A DNA stretch of 64,000 nucleotides from positions 1 to 64,000 of the IMG/VR virus record IMGVR_UViG_3300025949_000001, one strand, 5' to 3'. How positions within the stretch are numbered: position 1 is the first letter of the stretch; each line of letters starts with the position of its first letter. Made by a program: the position numbers and the translations under genes. The notes under the pieces were generated by a model. That model was not told where the DNA came from. It did no database searches and was given only the letters and a program-made list of their open reading frames with translations. Positions 51,349-59,401 of the stretch are shown piece by piece. This stretch comes from a virus.

Positions 51349-51897
51349 TCACGGCACGAGCACCGCCAGGTCGACCAGGCGGAACGCCATCGCCTCGTAC
51401 GGCACCTGGAACAGCTTGTGCAGGTCCGTGACCATCCGCTCGCGATCGGACGCGGTCGTGCGCCCGCCGAGCCACACCGCCAGTTCCCGCATGATCGCGG
51501 CCTCGGGCATCAGCAGTCCGGCGGCGAAGCGGTTAGCGGCGCGCTCCTGCGCCATCGTCGCCGTCGAGGAGACGGGTAGGCCGTTCGGGGCGCGGATCGC
51601 GTGGTCGATGCACAGGTCGTATTCGTGCAGCAGCGCGTGCCCGAGGCCGTGGGCCAGGGCGAAGCGCTGGCGGGCACGCCCGTGGGCGCTGTTGACGCCG
51701 AGGATGACGCTGCCCTGTGCGTCGCGGGCCGTGAAGCCAACGGCGTGCGTGCCCTCGTGTTTCTTGCCGGCGCGGCGCATGCCGCACTGCTGGACGAGGG
51801 TGTCGACGGGGATGGGGATGTTCAGTGCGGGGTGGTGCGTCGCGAGGACGCGTTCGGCTTCGCGGGCTGCCGAGGCGGCCACGGTGCGGGCGGCCAC
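51349..51897 (-). CDS. ImmA/IrrE-family metallopeptidase homologue lacking the catalytic Glu
   Basis: PIPVD, RQRFALAHGLGH, ERAANRFAAGLLMP, FQV..EAMAFRL. Confidence 0.85.
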   Translation of the reverse strand: MAARTVAASAAREAERVLATHHPALNIPIPVDTLVQQCGMRRAGKKHEGTHAVGFTARDAQGSVILGVNSAHGRARQRFALAHGLGHALLHEYDLCIDHAIRAPNGLPVSSTATMAQERAANRFAAGLLMPEAAIMRELAVWLGGRTTASDRERMVTDLHKLFQVPYEAMAFRLVDLAVLVP

Positions 51898-51900
51898 CGG

Positions 51901-52185
51901 TCAGTCCTCGCCGTCTTCGTCGTCGTGGCCGCAGGGCCGGTTGAAGAACCACACGAACGCCCCCAGCGGCGGCGCGATCAGGAGTTTGGAGGCGCGCTGC
52001 CCGTCGCAGGCGTCGACGGCCCGCGGCAGCCGCCAGCGGGTGACGCCCCAGGGCGGCCAGTACTGCCAGCGGCGGGCGTACACGCGCCCCCAACCGGCCC
52101 AGGAGTACGGGGCGCGGGTGTCGTCGAGGTTCTGGTTCGGGCGGCGCCACACGACCATGCGCGACGGAGGCTCGGGTCCGGTCAT
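51901..52185 (-). CDS. Trp-rich hypothetical protein
   Basis: Coupled. Confidence 0.55.
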   Translation of the reverse strand: MTGPEPPSRMVVWRRPNQNLDDTRAPYSWAGWGRVYARRWQYWPPWGVTRWRLPRAVDACDGQRASKLLIAPPLGAFVWFFNRPCGHDDEDGED

Positions 52186-52664
52186 GGCCGCACCGCCGCG
52201 GTACCCGCGCCCTCGACCCAGCCGGGCACGACCGTGACCGGGATTCCCTCGGACCGCCACAGCTCGACGATCGCCGGGTTGTCGTCGTACGCGTGCACCG
52301 GCCGGTACTGCTGCCGGATCTTCGCCAGGATCTCGCGCTTGACCACATGGTCGGGCCGGTAGTCTCCGTTCGCCCGCATCCACATCGCATCCGAGGGCAC
52401 GCCGTGCAGGGCGAGCCAGAACGCAGTGGAGTTGCGGAGCCGCGCCTCGCGCGCGGTCACGACCAGCACGGCGCGGGCCGCTGCGTGTTCGGCGCGGGCG
52501 GCGTCCACGACCCAGGCGTTCGGGGGGCAGTTGACGGCGTCGCGGTGGAACGCGTCGAAGTTCTTGCGGTAGCCGTTGGCGGGGCCGCCGAGTACGTGGT
52601 GCCGGATGGCGCGCACGTCGCACAGGGTGCCGTCCATGTCGAACAGGACCGCCTCGGGCAGCAT
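52182..52664 (-). CDS. PNKP (T4 PseT C-terminal)-like HAD phosphatase
   Basis: FDMDGTL, VTAR, MR..GDYRPD..VK, YDDN. Confidence 0.85.
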   Translation of the reverse strand: MLPEAVLFDMDGTLCDVRAIRHHVLGGPANGYRKNFDAFHRDAVNCPPNAWVVDAARAEHAAARAVLVVTAREARLRNSTAFWLALHGVPSDAMWMRANGDYRPDHVVKREILAKIRQQYRPVHAYDDNPAIVELWRSEGIPVTVVPGWVEGAGTAAVRP

Positions 52665-53584
52665 CAGGGCGCCGCCTTCGCGACGGTGTAGTGCTCGGCG
52701 CGCACGCGGTAGACGCCTCGGGCGACTCGGACCACGAACCCATCGTTGGCGGCGTCACTGAGGAGCTGGTACGCGGCGCCGAGCGTCTTTCCGGTTCGTT
52801 CGGCTAGCGACGGGGCCGTGATTGGGCCGATCCACCCGGCGAGCAACGCCCGATACTGCTTCGGCTGCGGCGTCCTGGCGCGTCGTGGCTGGCGCGGTTT
52901 CAGCGCCCTTCGCTTTCGCGACGTCTCACGTGCGCAGGCGCGGCAATAGCGTTGGCCGTCGTACCATCGCGTGTTTTCCTCGGTCCACTCATGGCCGCTG
53001 CCGCACGCTGTTGCCCGAGTCAGTGACTTCGTGGCCGCGACGGAAGCCGTGCGCTTCGCTATCCACTCGGGCGACTGCTTCCTGCCGCATAGGGAGTCGC
53101 TCCGCTTTCGCAGCGTCTTCGCGCTGGGTTTCTTTCCCATGTTCGCGGCGGACAACTTCGCGCGCGTCTCGGGCGACCTGGGTTTGCCAATCTTGGCTTG
53201 AGCACTCTTACGTACAGACTCGGATGCCATTCGCCATGTGCCCCCTGAGACGCCGCCCGTGGACAAGTTGAGCAACGGCGCACCCGCGAGTCGCAGGCGT
53301 TCGATGTGCCGCCTTTCGGCGGCGTCTAGGCCGGTAGCGGGTATTGGCCCCTCGATGAGGAGGATTCCCGGCACCGCGCCGGCCTCGGCGAGCTCGGCAA
53401 TCCAGCGGCATACGGGCCGGCTCGGCGAGCGGCGGTCCGCCAAATGCCCTTTCAGCCTGCGCTTCAGTGCTTGACGCGTCTGGCCGACGTACCGGATGGT
53501 CCCATCGATGTCGCGAAGCCCGTAAATGACGCCCATGCCAGGCGTCGGCTTCGCCCGTTCCGCGTCGCAGGAATCAGCTTGCAT
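52664..53584 (-). CDS. GIY-YIG homing endonuclease with NUMOD3-like repeats
   Basis: VIYGL...RYVGQT....KRRL..H; SPETRAKLS; C..GHEWTEENT...CRAC. Confidence 0.85.
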   Translation of the reverse strand: MQADSCDAERAKPTPGMGVIYGLRDIDGTIRYVGQTRQALKRRLKGHLADRRSPSRPVCRWIAELAEAGAVPGILLIEGPIPATGLDAAERRHIERLRLAGAPLLNLSTGGVSGGTWRMASESVRKSAQAKIGKPRSPETRAKLSAANMGKKPSAKTLRKRSDSLCGRKQSPEWIAKRTASVAATKSLTRATACGSGHEWTEENTRWYDGQRYCRACARETSRKRRALKPRQPRRARTPQPKQYRALLAGWIGPITAPSLAERTGKTLGAAYQLLSDAANDGFVVRVARGVYRVRAEHYTVAKAAP

Positions 53585-53590
53585 ACATCT

Positions 53591-53612
53591 ATTATCGCAG
53601 GTAGCGCCGACA
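53591..53612 (-). promoter_or_regulatory. RecA-NDp/PafBC-like promoter
   Basis: TGTCGG-N10-GATAAT-N6-ATG. Confidence 0.6.
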
Positions 53613-53622
53613 TTCCGAAGGT

Positions 53623-54333
53623 TCATGCGGCAGCTCGCGGAGCGATATAGTGCTGCGCCCGGACCCTCTTCAACCACCCCTCAACGACACCGTAACTCGG
53701 CTCATCGGGCAGCGCCGTCCTGGCTGCGTCGAAGGCTGCGACCGTCTCGGCAATCAGCTTCTCTGCGGCGGTCGGGTCCTTCGCGACCTGCTCGCCGAAG
53801 TCGAGGTACTGCTGCGGGTCCTCTAGGGCCACCGTCAACCTCCCCGAGGTGTAAAGCTCAAGACCTTGGCGGCTCAGGCGCAGTAGGTGGCGCGCATGTT
53901 TGGCCGTGCGCTTGCGAGTGTCCGCGCTGAAAGACCCGTCGCCCCGGTTGAGCAGTTTCCGGCACTGGGCGACCGCGTATCCGCAGTAGGCGTCCCTCAC
54001 CAGGCGGGCGCTCGGGAAGGCGCTGCGAATGCCGACCAGTTCATCGCCAAGCGCCGTCTTGATCTCGTAACTCTCAAGGAAGAGCAGTTCAAGGACGGTC
54101 GGGTTGGACTTGAGCATCAGCCTCGCAGCTTTGGCCGCCTCGTGATACGTCACGTCGGGTTTGGTGGTGACGATGGAGTCGTTGGGCGCGGTCAGGCCCA
54201 TGAACCGGGTGGTGGGCCAGGTGAACACGCCGAGCCGGTCGATGTCGGAGTCGGGTCCGGCCAGGCCGTACGCGGTGGAGCCGACGACGCCGGCCAGCAG
54301 AACGCGCATGTCGGACTCCTCGGCGGCCGTCAC
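53623..54333 (-). CDS. Pol-beta-superfamily nucleotidyltransferase (RlaP/YcgL-like)
   Basis: VVGSTAYGLAGPDSDID, KSNPTVLELL, KHARHLLRL. Confidence 0.88.
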   Translation of the reverse strand: MTAAEESDMRVLLAGVVGSTAYGLAGPDSDIDRLGVFTWPTTRFMGLTAPNDSIVTTKPDVTYHEAAKAARLMLKSNPTVLELLFLESYEIKTALGDELVGIRSAFPSARLVRDAYCGYAVAQCRKLLNRGDGSFSADTRKRTAKHARHLLRLSRQGLELYTSGRLTVALEDPQQYLDFGEQVAKDPTAAEKLIAETVAAFDAARTALPDEPSYGVVEGWLKRVRAQHYIAPRAAA

Positions 54334-54875
54334 AGTGTGGTCTCCAGTTCGCGGATGTTGGCCGCCCACCCGGCGACCCGGTCCACGTCCTGCTGCCGGA
54401 TGCCGAGGCTGATGTGCAGCAGCAGCGTCGGGATGCCGTCCTCGGTGCGCGTTTTCGCCCACTCGAAGTCGCCGGGCTCGAAGTCGTCGTCCAGCCATGC
54501 GAACGCCCGCTCGCCGACGTACGCCTCGACGGCGTCGCGCTTCCAGATTTGGCCGAACGGGAACGGTCCACGCGAGGGGAACTCGATCACCGGCAGTTGC
54601 GGCAGGCCGACCACGGGCGCCACGAGCCGGTTCGCCGAGTGCTCCCAGGTGGTGGCCCAGGCCAGGTCTACCAGGTGGGTCAGGGCGAGCAGCATGGGTC
54701 CGTGCGCAGGGTTGAGCCAGACACGGATGGAGCGTTTGCCGCTCTGTGCCCAATGCCAGCCGTCCGCGCCGGTGCGGACATGCCGGGTGGTGTATCCGTC
54801 GGGCCGCTGGGTGGGTTTCGCGCCGTAGGGGTTAAGCGGTCCGTCTACGTCGAGCAGGAGCAGGGGTTTGGTCAC
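54330..54875 (-). CDS. HAD phosphatase (HAD_SAK-like)
   Basis: LLLDVDGPLN, WATTW, FAWLDD. Confidence 0.85.
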   Translation of the reverse strand: MTKPLLLLDVDGPLNPYGAKPTQRPDGYTTRHVRTGADGWHWAQSGKRSIRVWLNPAHGPMLLALTHLVDLAWATTWEHSANRLVAPVVGLPQLPVIEFPSRGPFPFGQIWKRDAVEAYVGERAFAWLDDDFEPGDFEWAKTRTEDGIPTLLLHISLGIRQQDVDRVAGWAANIRELETTL

Positions 54876-55047
54876 GTGTCCTCCTGGGTTCGGTTGATGG
54901 TTGCGTGTTCGCGGGTGTCGCGCGATGTGTTTCGGGCCGGCCGCGTCGGCTGCGTCTCGATCCGGTCGCGGTCCGGTCGCGCCGGCCCGTGCCGTACGCG
55001 CCGGGCGTAGCGTGGTGGCCTGTCAGGATTCGAACAGTGGGGGGATC

Positions 55048-55506
55048 ATGCGCCGTCGTTCCGGCACGTCCGTTGTGGGTCTGCTTGTGGGTCTGGCCGT
55101 AGGTGTGGCCGGCTGCTCATCCAGCGCCCCGGCCACGCCCGCTCAGGTGCACCTGAAGGGCACACTCACCCTGTCCAGCGGCTACCTGGACAACTCGACC
55201 ACGAGTTACGTGCAGACCGACGGCGACCCTTGCGCCGGGGGCGAGGGTTACAGCGACATCAGTCAGGGCGTTGCCGTGACGGTCGGCAACCAGACGGGCG
55301 CCACCATCGGTGTGGGCGCGTTGAGCGGCGGGGTGGTGCAGGGTGCGCGGACTACCGGCACGGTGACGACGGGTACATGCGTGTTCTCGTTCGATGTGCC
55401 GGTGCCGGGCGGGCAGTCCGAGTACACGGTGACGATCTCGCATCGGGGGACGCAGACGTACACCCTGGACCAGGTTGCGGCGGGTATCGCGCTCACGCTC
55501 GGCTGA
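55048..55506 (+). CDS. Lipoprotein
   Basis: Signal peptide with VAGC lipobox; C.G..GYSDI. Confidence 0.8.
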   Translation: MRRRSGTSVVGLLVGLAVGVAGCSSSAPATPAQVHLKGTLTLSSGYLDNSTTSYVQTDGDPCAGGEGYSDISQGVAVTVGNQTGATIGVGALSGGVVQGARTTGTVTTGTCVFSFDVPVPGGQSEYTVTISHRGTQTYTLDQVAAGIALTLG

Positions 55507-55604
55507 TCGGGCGGCGGCGCCGGACATGCGCCCGCGCTGTTCCTGCCGGGCGACCCGTCGCAGTCCTGCACGATCAGCGCGGGGTCGGACGCTCCGTAGC
55601 CGGG

Positions 55605-56765
55605 TCACGAGATGCCTTCCAGGTAGACGGACTGGTCCACGGGGTTGCGGTAGGGCTGGTATCCACCGGCGGCAAGGATGCGCTTAGCTTCCTCACCCGC
55701 GCGGTCCGCCTCGGCGAGCGCGCGGCCGGTGGCGGTGGGGCGGGATTCTCCTACTGCGCGGGGGTGACAGTTAGGGCAGCGCCCGGGATGACTGGAGTCC
55801 CAGTCGATCATTCGGGTGGACTGCTCACACTCACCGCACCATGGCGGCCGACTACTACCAGCGCCTTCGTCTCTGCGGCGCGGTGCACCGAGGTCCTTGG
55901 CGCGGTAGATGGCGGTTCGTACGCGGTCGTTGGCGCCGGTCCAGTCGCGGTCGAGGGTGGCGATCAGGTCGGGCACCGTCCATCCGGCCGCGAGGGCCGC
56001 GGTGATGGGGGCGAGGAGTTGGGCTCGTTCGCTGCGGCCTGGTTGGCGTTGCAGGTCGAGTTTGTCGATGACGGTGTCCGCGTCGGGGTTGGGTTCTTGT
56101 TCGGCGTAGCCATCCCCCGCCGCCGCCCTAGGGCTTGCGTGGATCGCGACCGCTGGTCCGCTGGAGGTAGGAGGAGGTCTGTCTGTCTGAAAAACGTCTG
56201 TATAAGGAAGGGGAACGGCTGAGCCGTTTTCGGTGCGACCTGCGGAAACGGTCGTTTGTGCAGGTGGGACCGGGACCGCCTGGGCCGTTTCCGGTCCCAC
56301 CTGCGCGTTCGCATCATCCTGCCTGCTCGCGCCGACACCGGCTGAGCCGTTATCGGTCTGACCTGGCGTAATGAGGGTTTCCGCAGGTGGTACCGGCGAC
56401 GGCTGAGCCGGTGTCGGCCCCGCCTGGGCGTTTACCGATTCAGCGTAGATTGCGATGATTGTCGTCATCCGGCCGTCGGCCGACCTGACCTGAGTGCGCA
56501 CCAGGTGTCCGGCTGCGGCGAGTTCCTTGGCCGCCTCGAGGTAGGCGTCTCGGCCGCCGCCGCGCTTTCCGCTGCCGTAGTACTCAGCCACACCTGCGAT
56601 GGAACTGAACTTGTTCCCGTCGATGAGCAGACGTGCGAGTAGGCCAAGTGCGGCGAGGGACAAGTCCAGGTTGCGTGCGGCCTCGTTGGGGAAGCGCTCG
56701 AAGCCGCCGCGGTTCTTCGACAGGCGGGTCACCTCGATCACGCGGCGCACCCTGCTAGAGCCCAA
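55605..56765 (-). CDS. Second replication initiator-like protein
   Basis: N-terminal HTH (LSLAALGLL...ELAAAGHL), internal repeats, C-terminal PWCGEC..TRM...RCPNCHP; start uncertain. Confidence 0.7.
   Translation of the reverse strand: MGSSRVRRVIEVTRLSKNRGGFERFPNEAARNLDLSLAALGLLARLLIDGNKFSSIAGVAEYYGSGKRGGGRDAYLEAAKELAAAGHLVRTQVRSADGRMTTIIAIYAESVNAQAGPTPAQPSPVPPAETLITPGQTDNGSAGVGASRQDDANAQVGPETAQAVPVPPAQTTVSAGRTENGSAVPLPYTDVFQTDRPPPTSSGPAVAIHASPRAAAGDGYAEQEPNPDADTVIDKLDLQRQPGRSERAQLLAPITAALAAGWTVPDLIATLDRDWTGANDRVRTAIYRAKDLGAPRRRDEGAGSSRPPWCGECEQSTRMIDWDSSHPGRCPNCHPRAVGESRPTATGRALAEADRAGEEAKRILAAGGYQPYRNPVDQSVYLEGIS
56217..56430. repeat. Four 61-62-bp iteron-like units (probable origin 2)
   Basis: GSCTGRGCCG..CGG..CCTG at 56217, 56278, 56340, 56401. 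Confidence 0.75.
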
Positions 56766-56798
56766 TGCTGCAGATGTAGTAGGGCAAGCACTACGGTG

Positions 56799-56835
56799 AC
56801 ATCTTTGAAGAGGTGGTCAACTTCTTGTGAGAAGT
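56799..56835. promoter_or_regulatory. Two palindromic operators ACHTCT-N4-AGADGT
   Basis: 56799-56814 and 56820-56835; third copy at 57678-57693. Confidence 0.75.
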
Positions 56836-56851
56836 TCCCGAGGGGAGACGC

Positions 56852-57595
56852 ATGTCCGATGGATCGAAGCCGACCCGGCGAGAGAAGATCGCCAACGACC
56901 TGAGGAGTCAGATCAGGGAAGGCAAACTGCCGCCTGGGGCCGCCGTTCCGGGCGAGAACGCCATCGCGAAGGAGTACGGCGTTTCGCAGCCAACCGCGCG
57001 GGCCGCGTTGGCGATCCTCCGAGGTGAGGGGCTGATTCGCGTCGAGCGCGGCAAGGGCGCGTACGTGCGCGACTTCAAGCCGATCCTGCGTGACGCGACG
57101 ACGCGCCTGTCTGTCGAGCAGTGGGGGTCTGGGCATGCCATTTGGAGTGCGGACCTCCAGTTGCGCCCGCTGTCCATCGTTTCGGTGGATGTGACCGCGG
57201 GTGCTGCATCGCCTGACGTGGCCGCGCTGCTGGGTACAGCGCGGGTCGTCGTGCGTGACCGCGTGTATGCGGTTGACGGTCGGATCGTTCAGGCGGCGGT
57301 GTCCTATCTGCCGGCCGACCTCGTGAAGGGTTCGCCGATCGAGAGGCCCGACACTGGTCCAGGAGGTACATACGCCCGCCTGCGCGAGTTGGGGTTCGAG
57401 CCTGCGAAGTTCGTCGAGCAGGTCAGGATTCGCATGCCGCAGCCGGAGGAGCGCAAGCGACTGAAGCTGGATGTCGGCCAGCCGATCGCTGCAATCCGCC
57501 GCACGGCGGCGACTGAGACGGGGCGCGTTGTGGAGGTCAACGACATGGTCCTGGTGGGGGAGGCATACGTGCTGCAATGGTCATTCACCTCCTGA
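56852..57595 (+). CDS. GntR/HutC (UTRA) regulator, KorSA-like
   Basis: IANDLR..I..G.LPPG..VPGE...YGVS..TAR.AL; UTRA C-terminus. Confidence 0.92.
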   Translation: MSDGSKPTRREKIANDLRSQIREGKLPPGAAVPGENAIAKEYGVSQPTARAALAILRGEGLIRVERGKGAYVRDFKPILRDATTRLSVEQWGSGHAIWSADLQLRPLSIVSVDVTAGAASPDVAALLGTARVVVRDRVYAVDGRIVQAAVSYLPADLVKGSPIERPDTGPGGTYARLRELGFEPAKFVEQVRIRMPQPEERKRLKLDVGQPIAAIRRTAATETGRVVEVNDMVLVGEAYVLQWSFTS

Positions 57596-57609
57596 TTCCC
57601 GAGTGATCG

Positions 57610-57643
57610 AGAGCCCCGGTGCCCGCCGGGGCTCTTTTGTTTT
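57610..57643 (+). terminator. Intrinsic terminator
   Basis: AGAGCCCCGG/CCGGGGCTCT followed by TTTGTTTT. Confidence 0.8.
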
Positions 57644-57674
57644 CTATGTACTCCATGAACTAACTAGATCCTAC

Positions 57675-57703
57675 TTGACTTCTTAACAGATGTCACCCAT
57701 GCT
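57675..57703 (+). promoter_or_regulatory. Leaderless promoter with operator in the spacer
   Basis: TTGACT-N17-CATGCT-N6-ATG. Confidence 0.75.
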
Positions 57704-57709
57704 GGGGTT

Positions 57710-57937
57710 ATGAAGCTCACTGAGAACACGGCAACTGGAGTAGCCGCTGAGGGCGACTGGCTCACCGTCGCCGAGTTCGCGGCGATCTTCCGCATTTCAG
57801 ACGGAGAGGCCTACGCGGCGATCCACCGCGGCGAGATCCCGGGCGTGATCCGGATCGGAACCCGGCGCGGCTACCGCATCCCCCGCGCCTCGGTCGCCCC
57901 GTACGCCGAAGCCCAGCGCGTCAACGCCGCCGTTTAG
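57710..57937 (+). CDS. Excisionase-like HTH_17 protein
   Basis: WLTVAEFAAIFRIS...Y..I.RGEIP.VIRIG...YRIP. Confidence 0.85.
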   Translation: MKLTENTATGVAAEGDWLTVAEFAAIFRISDGEAYAAIHRGEIPGVIRIGTRRGYRIPRASVAPYAEAQRVNAAV

Positions 57938-58034
57938 CGACCCCCGATCGCCGCCCGTGCGCCGCGCCGACCCCCCGGCGCGCGTGCGACACACCACCGA
58001 ACCGACCGGAACCGCCCGAGGAGAGAAGGCACCG

Positions 58035-58884
58035 ATGCAGATCTGGATCCTCACCAAGACCACCGACATCGACCCGACCCAGATCCTCGGCGCCTACGAC
58101 CAGCAACCCGGCACCCGCCGCTTCGCCGAGGAGGCGACCCGCATGCTCGAAGCCGCCGCACGCTCCCTGTACGGCGAGGGCGGCGAGCCGATCCCGGATC
58201 CGCTAGCCGTCTGCGGCCGGGGCGAGGACGGGTCGCTGAACCTGACCGTGCGCGACGACCTGCTCGCGCTCGAACCTATCGAGTACGTCACGGCCTGACC
58301 GGCCCCCGCGCGCCGCCCGCGCCGGAAACCCGAACCCGAATCGAAGGAGCATCCCCGTGTCCTGCACCGCGAGCAAGTTCGACCGCGACTGCGGCGGCTG
58401 CCGCCATTGCGCCGACTGCCCTCCCACCCCCGGCGAGCCCGGAATCCTGCACCTCGACCCGCAGGCAGTCGCCGACGCCAGGGTCTGGCGGCGCCACCGG
58501 CTGCGCGAGCGGCTGATCGGCGACCGCGCCAACAACTGACCGGCCAGGCCGAGCGGCACGCTCCACGGTTCGAGCCCGTGGCGGCCACGCAGCACAGCAC
58601 GACCGCCGAACAGCAAGCGGCCCGACCGCGTCGCAGGCAGCCGGGCCACACGATCCAAGCCTGGAGGGGCAAGAACCGTGGACACCACCGTAGCAAGCGG
58701 CACCGACAGGGCCACTGGCCGCGCCGCCAAGCGCGTGAGTCGCGCCCTGGTCGCCGTGCGCACCAGCGGTCGCAGCGAGGCTGACATCGCCGCCCTGCGC
58801 CAGGCCCTGCGCCGCAGCGGCCAGCGCGTCACCCGCCGCCAGCTCACCCACCTGCTCGACCTCGCCGCCGGGAGCGCCGCCTGA
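58035..58884 (+). other. Small hypothetical genes (58035-58298, 58357-58539, 58678-58884)
   Basis: Each has an RBS. Confidence 0.55.
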
Positions 58885-58963
58885 TGACCGCCGCCGCGAG
58901 CGTCTTGGCCCCGAGTCCGCACCTCGGGCCGGACGCTCGCGGCGGTGTGCTTTGCGCGCGGGC

Positions 58964-59401
58964 TCAGTCGCCCAGCGCGTCGTCGAGGAACTGTTGGACG
59001 GGCCCGAAGAACCCGTGCGGCACCAGCTCGGCGAGTTGGTCGCGCGGTGCCCAGGTGACCGCGTCGATCTCCTCCGGGTCGCCTACCTTGACCTGTCCGC
59101 CGACGACCTCGCACGCGACGTACGACATCTGCCGCCCGGTCGCGGGGTGCACGCGCTCCCCCAGCAGCGCCTCGGCCTTGACGTCCAGGCCGGTTTCCTC
59201 GCGTGCCTCGCGCACCGCCGCCTCCTGCGCGCTCTCCCCGTCCTCGATCGCGCCGGCCGGGAACTGCCACGACAGGCTTCCTTCAGTGACCCTGCGGCGC
59301 ACCATCAGCACGCGCCCGTCTTTGACGATCACGGCGGCGGCGATCGGCGGCCTCGGGTCGCTCGCGGGCGCGGTCGTCGGCTCAGTCTGCGGCTGGGTCA
59401 C
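58964..59401 (-). CDS. NUDIX hydrolase (pSAM2 Pif-like context)
   Basis: Near-canonical box PAGAIEDGESAQEAAVREAREETGL. Confidence 0.9.
   Translation of the reverse strand: MTQPQTEPTTAPASDPRPPIAAAVIVKDGRVLMVRRRVTEGSLSWQFPAGAIEDGESAQEAAVREAREETGLDVKAEALLGERVHPATGRQMSYVACEVVGGQVKVGDPEEIDAVTWAPRDQLAELVPHGFFGPVQQFLDDALGD

Noticed and set aside
55021-55045. TGTCAG and CGAAC near the lipoprotein start as PafBC or LexA sites
   Set aside because: No -10 at the 10-nt spacing and no second SOS half-site
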